Of a stretch of 64,000 bases of DNA, positions 58,616 through 64,000 are shown in pieces. Each line of letters starts with the position of its first letter. The first letter of the stretch is position 1. The notes under the pieces were generated by a model, which made no database searches, had not been told where the DNA came from, and saw only the letters and a list, made by a program, of their open reading frames with translations. The DNA lies in NCBI GenBank assembly GCA_009701185.1, contig WLKQ01000002.1, positions 17,979 through 81,978 of the forward strand. The letters are read 5' to 3'. The position numbers and the translations under genes were made by a program. Origin of the DNA: Actinomycetota bacterium (GTDB taxonomy: Bacteria; Actinomycetota; Actinomycetes; Nanopelagicales; Nanopelagicaceae).

Positions 58616-59950
58616 ATGCAGGTTAAAGCCTTGCTAGATGTAGACATGGTTGCACTTGAAGCAACTGACAAGGTCACGTTAATGATTGATCTGACCGCAC
58701 CACAAAACCCAATGCACGCCACCCGCCCTGGCCAAGCCGTTCAAGTTGTCCTTGATCGCTCTGGCTCAATGGACGGTGCACCACTTGATGCCGCAAAGGG
58801 CTCGCTACTCAAGCTGATCGACCGCCTTGCCCCTCAGGACTCTTTCGGTCTTGTCGCATTCGATGACAGCGCACTTGTAATCGCACCTATGCGCACAATG
58901 GCCGATCATCACCTGCCATCACTTCGCAAAGTAATCCGCGAAATGGAAACCGGCGGATCAACTGATATCAGTGCTGGATACTTAATGGGCCTTCGTGAAT
59001 TAACACGAGTCCAAGCAAGCGGAGGTTCAACACTTCTTCTTATCTCTGATGGTCATGCAAATGCCGGAGAACAGGATCCAAAGTTCTTCGCAGAGGTTTC
59101 AACAAAGTCTGCGACTGAGAAAGTCACCACTTCAACAATCGGTCTTGGTAATGGCTACGACGAGAGAATCCTCGAGGCATTAGCTCAAGGCGGCGGGGGA
59201 GCCCACCGTTTTGCTGGCACCATCGATGAAGCTGTTGGCGCAATCGCCGCTGAAGTTAACGATCTACTCGATAAGACAATCGTTAACGCAGTTCTTCGCT
59301 TAACACCAACGACTGCGATGACCGAGGTTCCAACGATTGAAATCTTGCAACGCCTTCCACATTGGATGGATGGCACTACCTACGTCATACAACTCGGCGA
59401 TCTGTTTAGTGGTGAAAACCGCCGATTTGTCATCGACATCGATGTCCCTGGCATTGCAGCACTTGGCCTTTGCAAACTTGCCGACATCACAATCGAATAT
59501 TTAGATCTAGCAGCACGTCAAGAAATCTCTGTCACATTGCCGGTCAACGTCAATGTTGTCCCCAGTGATGTAGCAGCTGGTCGAGTATCAGATCCAATCG
59601 TTCGTGCAGAACGTTTAATCCTTGGTGCACAAAACGCTAAGTCACTTGCTAAAGAGGAAATTCTCTCTGGCAAAACTAAAGAGGCATCTAATCGCTTGAA
59701 AGGCACTGCATCAAATCTTCGCCGCGAAGCATCCCTCATCCCTGTAACGGACGAGCCAAGCTCTGAATCACTCAGACTTATTCAGGCCGAAGCCGATGAG
59801 ATTGATGCCCTTGCACTCACGGTAGAAAATGAAGACATCTTCTACTCATCAAAACGCATGACCGAGTCCTACTCGCGCAAAACCCGCGGCAAGAACGACC
59901 GCAACCAGATCGTCGATCCTTCGATCGACCCCGACACACTTTCTAACTAA
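58616..59950 (+). CDS. von Willebrand factor A (MIDAS) domain protein
   Basis: VLDRSGSM, GGSTD, LISDGHAN; AAGGAG RBS. Confidence 0.9.
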   Translation: MQVKALLDVDMVALEATDKVTLMIDLTAPQNPMHATRPGQAVQVVLDRSGSMDGAPLDAAKGSLLKLIDRLAPQDSFGLVAFDDSALVIAPMRTMADHHLPSLRKVIREMETGGSTDISAGYLMGLRELTRVQASGGSTLLLISDGHANAGEQDPKFFAEVSTKSATEKVTTSTIGLGNGYDERILEALAQGGGGAHRFAGTIDEAVGAIAAEVNDLLDKTIVNAVLRLTPTTAMTEVPTIEILQRLPHWMDGTTYVIQLGDLFSGENRRFVIDIDVPGIAALGLCKLADITIEYLDLAARQEISVTLPVNVNVVPSDVAAGRVSDPIVRAERLILGAQNAKSLAKEEILSGKTKEASNRLKGTASNLRREASLIPVTDEPSSESLRLIQAEADEIDALALTVENEDIFYSSKRMTESYSRKTRGKNDRNQIVDPSIDPDTLSN

Positions 59951-59960
59951 GGAGAACCAG

Positions 59961-60446
59961 ATGTATCCACAACTGTTTTCAATGATCGCACCTAACCTCT
60001 TTCAAGGAGGAACAGATGACCTCGATGTCATCCACCTACCGGTGACAAATAACCGACCACGCGCTGACCTTCCCTTCGATGCGATCGTGACCATGTATGC
60101 CTGGGCCCGCCCAGCTGATTGGAATGTGCAGGAGTTTCGTTATGGCGTGCCTGACGCATCCATTAAAGACATCGATCTGCAACGCCTAAAGCAGGCAGTT
60201 GATTTCGGCTATGACCGCTGGAAGGCCGGCGATCGTGTTCTGATTCGCTGCCAAGCTGGACTCAATCGATCAGGGCTCGTTACAGCGCTGATCTTGATTA
60301 AAGATGGCATGTCACCAGAGCGTGCAATTGCACTGATCCGCGAAGGTCGCGGAGAAGATGCGCTCTTCAATCAGAACTTCGTCGATTGGCTACTTGCAGA
60401 TGGCCTGCGATTGCTAGGTCTATCACCTTCACAACAAGCTGCTTAA
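59961..60446 (+). CDS. Dual-specificity/tyrosine phosphatase-fold protein
   Basis: CX5R loop RCQAGLNRSG; PD acid loop; ALFN..F. Confidence 0.88.
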   Translation: MYPQLFSMIAPNLFQGGTDDLDVIHLPVTNNRPRADLPFDAIVTMYAWARPADWNVQEFRYGVPDASIKDIDLQRLKQAVDFGYDRWKAGDRVLIRCQAGLNRSGLVTALILIKDGMSPERAIALIREGRGEDALFNQNFVDWLLADGLRLLGLSPSQQAA

Positions 60447-60461
60447 TAGAGAGGATTGCCA

Positions 60462-60896
60462 ATGCAAGAGTTACCAGATTACTTCGATGAACTCATCAAA
60501 GTCCTCGAGACCTACATCGCCCACAAGGCCGATCACTTCACTTTACAAACGTACGGTGGTCAGTACATCAACGGTCCATACGTGCAAGCGCTCCAAGAGC
60601 ACGACAACGTCCTTCTCATCGAAGCCATTAGTAACGAGTTCTTAGAGCCGCCTCTTACGGAGCCTGGCCAGCAGGCCATGCTCTTTATGGGATGGCGCTT
60701 CTATCCAGAGCGCTATCTGCCCAACTACGCACAATTCATCGATCAATCACAGGTTTCACCTCGTGAAATCGCAATCACGATGGCCCAAGCTCTTCACTTC
60801 GCATACGGAGTAGATGACACTTACTCCTTCGAGATAGCGCCGCATCTAGATGCGGCTAAGTCACTGATTGAAAGGCTAGGTATTTCACATGGATAA
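60462..60896 (+). CDS. Probable TY-Chap (T3SS/YbjN-like peptide-binding chaperone) domain protein
   Basis: YVQ....L..EAISN.FL..PL.......M..MGW......PNY pattern. Confidence 0.55.
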   Translation: MQELPDYFDELIKVLETYIAHKADHFTLQTYGGQYINGPYVQALQEHDNVLLIEAISNEFLEPPLTEPGQQAMLFMGWRFYPERYLPNYAQFIDQSQVSPREIAITMAQALHFAYGVDDTYSFEIAPHLDAAKSLIERLGISHG

Positions 60897-61845
60897 AGTT
60901 GAGGTTGCCAAGAACCTAGCTCGATCAATTTGTTCTTGTTCCGAATTGAGCAAAGCTTTGGGGGATGCCAATCATCCGTGCCATAAAGTCGTGATGACCC
61001 AGAAGGCGATGCTTCAAGGTAACGAGAACATGCGGCAACGACCGGAACCATGGATCGGAAATCTACAGAATTCACAAGTGCTGTTTGTTTCATCAAATCC
61101 AAGTATTAGCGATGATCCAGACGTTTCTATTCGTGAAAACTTTCCAACTTTTGGTATTTCGGAAGATGAGTCGGCAGATTTCTTCATTAATCGGTTTGAT
61201 GGAAATAGCGAAACACCCCATGCGACCTTTAATTTCAAGAAATTTGCAAATTTTCTCTTTCGAAGCAACGACGGGAAATATCGAGGAAAAGGGAATAGTT
61301 TCAATAAACCTATAGAAACTTGGCAAGGGGTTTATGAGCGTGCTAAAGAAATCCTAGGGGAAAGTTGCGACCCAACAGAAAACTATGCTTTAACAGAAGT
61401 AGTTAAGTGCAAGTCAAAAAAAGAGGAAGGTGTGAAGGAAGCAAGCGCCACATGCATTAAAAATTGGATGCAGAAAGTGATGGATGTGTCACCAGCGAAA
61501 CTAGTGGTGATTATCGGTGCCCCTGCTCGAAATAATTTTGCCCATAAGATTGCTGACTTGGGGTCTGACTTTGGAACGGATTCAAGGGGATACGAGCAGC
61601 TGGGTCAAAGAGGGCGCGCACTACGCGATATTAAAATCTCCGATTTTGGCGGGAAGCGTCGAGTCTATGTTTTTAATTGGCACCCAACGAGCATGATTCC
61701 TAACAAAAAAGAACTTTTGCAGTTCAAGAATGCTTATGGAGCAAGTCTAGTTCTGTGGATGAATGAAATTGCCACCGGGGAAGTTGATTTACCAGGCTCA
61801 TCGGAAGATCTTATTTTACTTATTCAAGAAAAAACTATCAACTAA
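60889..61845 (+). CDS. Uracil-DNA glycosylase-superfamily protein
   Basis: PEPWIG...VLFVSSNPS, TEVVKC, VVIIG..A, HPT. Confidence 0.7.
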   Translation: MDKVEVAKNLARSICSCSELSKALGDANHPCHKVVMTQKAMLQGNENMRQRPEPWIGNLQNSQVLFVSSNPSISDDPDVSIRENFPTFGISEDESADFFINRFDGNSETPHATFNFKKFANFLFRSNDGKYRGKGNSFNKPIETWQGVYERAKEILGESCDPTENYALTEVVKCKSKKEEGVKEASATCIKNWMQKVMDVSPAKLVVIIGAPARNNFAHKIADLGSDFGTDSRGYEQLGQRGRALRDIKISDFGGKRRVYVFNWHPTSMIPNKKELLQFKNAYGASLVLWMNEIATGEVDLPGSSEDLILLIQEKTIN

Positions 61846-62815
61846 GGAGCGCATCGCAAAAACACAAAACGCAGCTACAACCACGGTCCTAGTACATAGC
61901 GATCAATACGCTAACTGGATCTTTGATCCATCACATCCGACTCAGGGTCGCCGCTTTATCAATGCTCGCAATCAATTTGCGAAGTTAATGGCAGAAAGCG
62001 GCGAAGCCTTCATTGAAGTCACACCACGTTTAGCAACAAGGGCAGAGCTCGAACGAGTTCACGCCCCCCATTACATCGATGAAGTCCTAAGCAATCACAA
62101 AAGTAGTCAATGGTCTGGAAATCGACCAGATCTTGCAACTCTTGCATCCACATTCGTTGGCGGCACATTAACCGCCCTTGATGCTCTGCTCAACAAGGGT
62201 GCACGCACCGCTATCCATTTCCCTGGATCAAAGCACCATGCTCAATACGACCACTCATCTGGCTTTTGCATCTTTAATGACTTTGCAATCGCTGCAGATA
62301 TCGCAACAAAGGATTACGGCCTACGCGTTGCGATCTTAGATATCGATGCCCATCACGGTGATGGCGTTGAAAACCTAATGGCCGATAACCCAATGGTTTT
62401 AACCTATTCAATTCACGAGAAGGGAATCTTTCCTGGAACAGGCAACGAAGATTATCCAGAGAAAAACATCTATAACTTTCCTTTGGTCTCAAAGGACTCC
62501 AACCTCAATAGTCGAGGTAAAGGTGACGATGCACTTCTTTATGGAGTCCAAAAGTTCATTGACAAGCTCGATACCTTCAAACCAGATCTCATCTTCATCA
62601 CTTGTGGTGCAGATGGTCACAAGGAGGATCCGCTTAGCTCCCTTGAATACTCTGTCGATGGGTATGCCGCCATCGCACAACTGCTGCGCAACTACTACCC
62701 AGAAATGCCAATGCTCCTCGGAGGGGCCGGTGGCTATTTACCTGATACTCGAACCCCAGAAGTGTGGGCGAAGTTTGCTTCCATCCTGGCGACCAGGATT
62801 ACCTACCAACCGTAA
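61763..62815 (+). CDS. Histone deacetylase/AcuC-family amidohydrolase
   Basis: HHA..SGFCIFND, DIDAHHGDG, SIHE..FPGTG, GADGH..DPL, GGY. Start uncertain. Confidence 0.9.
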   Translation: MKLPPGKLIYQAHRKILFYLFKKKLSTKERIAKTQNAATTTVLVHSDQYANWIFDPSHPTQGRRFINARNQFAKLMAESGEAFIEVTPRLATRAELERVHAPHYIDEVLSNHKSSQWSGNRPDLATLASTFVGGTLTALDALLNKGARTAIHFPGSKHHAQYDHSSGFCIFNDFAIAADIATKDYGLRVAILDIDAHHGDGVENLMADNPMVLTYSIHEKGIFPGTGNEDYPEKNIYNFPLVSKDSNLNSRGKGDDALLYGVQKFIDKLDTFKPDLIFITCGADGHKEDPLSSLEYSVDGYAAIAQLLRNYYPEMPMLLGGAGGYLPDTRTPEVWAKFASILATRITYQP

Positions 62816-62908
62816 CTTCGTTCACGGTGGTCCTACAGCAAGACCCGCTCAGACTCCAGACAACTACTTCGAACTAAGTAATTGAGTTGGAACAAATAGA
62901 CTCACAAC

Positions 62909-63610
62909 ATGTGTAAGCAACGGGGGCACTCTTTTTGCTCTGAACTTGGGGCAGACATCTCGCTCTGGAGCAAAGAATCCCCGTTACCTAAGCCAGAATG
63001 GATTAATGCGGCAGCGCAAACATTTTCGGATTCATTGCAGTTAGCCCTGAAGGGGAAATTGGATGATGCCAAATCCCTGCTGAAGGAGGCCCCAGATCTA
63101 GAAATGCGCGAGTGGTTTGATGTGCATGCTCAGAACTCAGGGACGTGGCGTTTCAAGGCTTTAGGTATTCCCACTCCCGAGCCAATCCTCCCATTGGACA
63201 CGCTTAAGACTTTTACGAAATTTGAATCTTCTGTATTTGGGCGCGATAACTTTCGCTGTCGGTATTGCTCGATCGAAGTATTCCCAAAGAAAATATTTAG
63301 AAAGACACACGACCTTCTGGGGGATTCAGTTTTACCTTCAGGCAAAACCAATTCCACTCGTAGTGGTTTCTACCTTCAATTTGCTGCAACTTTGGATCAT
63401 GTTTTACCGTGGAGTTTGGGTGGGCGAACCGACGAGACAAATCTTGTGACCTGCTGTTGGTCTTGCAATTATGGCAAATTGAATTACACGGTTGAACAAC
63501 TTGGAATCAGTAACCCTTTATCTCGACCACCTAGCCCAGCAGCGACGGGTACCGCAGAACAGTTATTGACCTTGATTTTCATTCAGGCTCGCCCCGATTC
63601 ATCTTCTTGA
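62909..63610 (+). CDS. HNH endonuclease
   Basis: RDNFRCRYC, DHVLPWSLGG...NLVTCCWSCNYGK; leaderless TAGACT-6nt-ATG. Confidence 0.88.
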   Translation: MCKQRGHSFCSELGADISLWSKESPLPKPEWINAAAQTFSDSLQLALKGKLDDAKSLLKEAPDLEMREWFDVHAQNSGTWRFKALGIPTPEPILPLDTLKTFTKFESSVFGRDNFRCRYCSIEVFPKKIFRKTHDLLGDSVLPSGKTNSTRSGFYLQFAATLDHVLPWSLGGRTDETNLVTCCWSCNYGKLNYTVEQLGISNPLSRPPSPAATGTAEQLLTLIFIQARPDSSS

Positions 63611-64000
63611 GTTTCTTAATTAACTTCGGTTCAGCCACAACAACTAATTTGTCACGCGCTCTAGACATGCCGACATATAGAACATCAGCGGATTGTGCAT
63701 CATCATGGAATCCATCAACTGCTAATACAACGACTGGTCGCTCTAGCCCTTTAAAGCCGCCAACAGTGCAATAAAAAACATCCTCATTAGTCCAAAGTGA
63801 TGCCCAATGCGCTGAACGGTCATTATCGGCTTGTCTTACATACTCTGGGTGCCGCCTCTTAGTAGTCAGTAGAGCAATTTCTCCTGGATGCCAGAACTCC
63901 TTATCCGTCAGTTGCTCGACTACATCATCGGCCTTTTCAAACACGCCTTCTTCGCCGCTTTCAACGTATTCAATTTCGAAGGCGAAAGGTCCTCGAGCGG
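63579..64000 (-). CDS. C-terminal part of a superfamily-1 (UvrD-like) helicase, running off the window
   Basis: TVGGFKGLERPVVV and LYVGMSRAR (motifs V/VI); frame open to the window edge. Confidence 0.82.
   Translation of the reverse strand, partial: ARGPFAFEIEYVESGEEGVFEKADDVVEQLTDKEFWHPGEIALLTTKRRHPEYVRQADNDRSAHWASLWTNEDVFYCTVGGFKGLERPVVVLAVDGFHDDAQSADVLYVGMSRARDKLVVVAEPKLIKKLKKMNRGEPE

Noticed and set aside
1434-63449. Many 60-220 aa ORFs antisense or out of frame within long genes (e.g. 26352-27002, 32839-33264, 50160-50681, 51043-51504)
   Set aside because: Shadow ORFs of well-supported genes with no motifs or translation signals.

Overview
Bacterial chromosomal window of moderate GC and dense coding. 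It most likely comes from a streamlined freshwater actinobacterium of the Ca. Nanopelagicales/acI type; this is inferred from the heliorhodopsin, many leaderless genes, TTGTCCACA DnaA boxes and overall gene content. (1) 1-20.7 kb is a methylated-amine/C1 island: NAD-type formate dehydrogenase (FdsB tail, FdsA with a fused FdsD), FdhD, a corrinoid-dependent demethylation module (non-pyrrolysine MttB, corrinoid protein, methyl-THF methyltransferase, ASKHA reductive activator, DUF1638, MetF/MetV-like, IclR), betA/betB, a betaine/choline ABC transporter and a copper amine oxidase. (2) 20.6-46.8 kb covers uptake and glycoside catabolism: a UbiA-esterase fusion, two LacI-controlled sugar ABC clusters with paralogous six-hairpin glycosidases plus GH36 and GH125, a lectin/OmpA surface protein and a polyamine-type ABC transporter. 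(3) 46.9-64 kb is an accessory region. It holds several TGTCRG-N10-TANNNT (RecA-NDp/PafBC-type) promoters, a toxin-antitoxin cassette flanked by 23-bp direct repeats of such a promoter core, heliorhodopsin, and an uncharacterised operon (structured leader, Zn proteins, TPR protein, secreted S8 protease). It also holds a DnaA-box triplet and a nuclease/VWA/phosphatase/UDG/deacetylase/HNH conflict-like cluster. No rRNA, tRNA, CRISPR array, integrase or transposase was seen. All product calls come from motif recognition by eye, not database searches.
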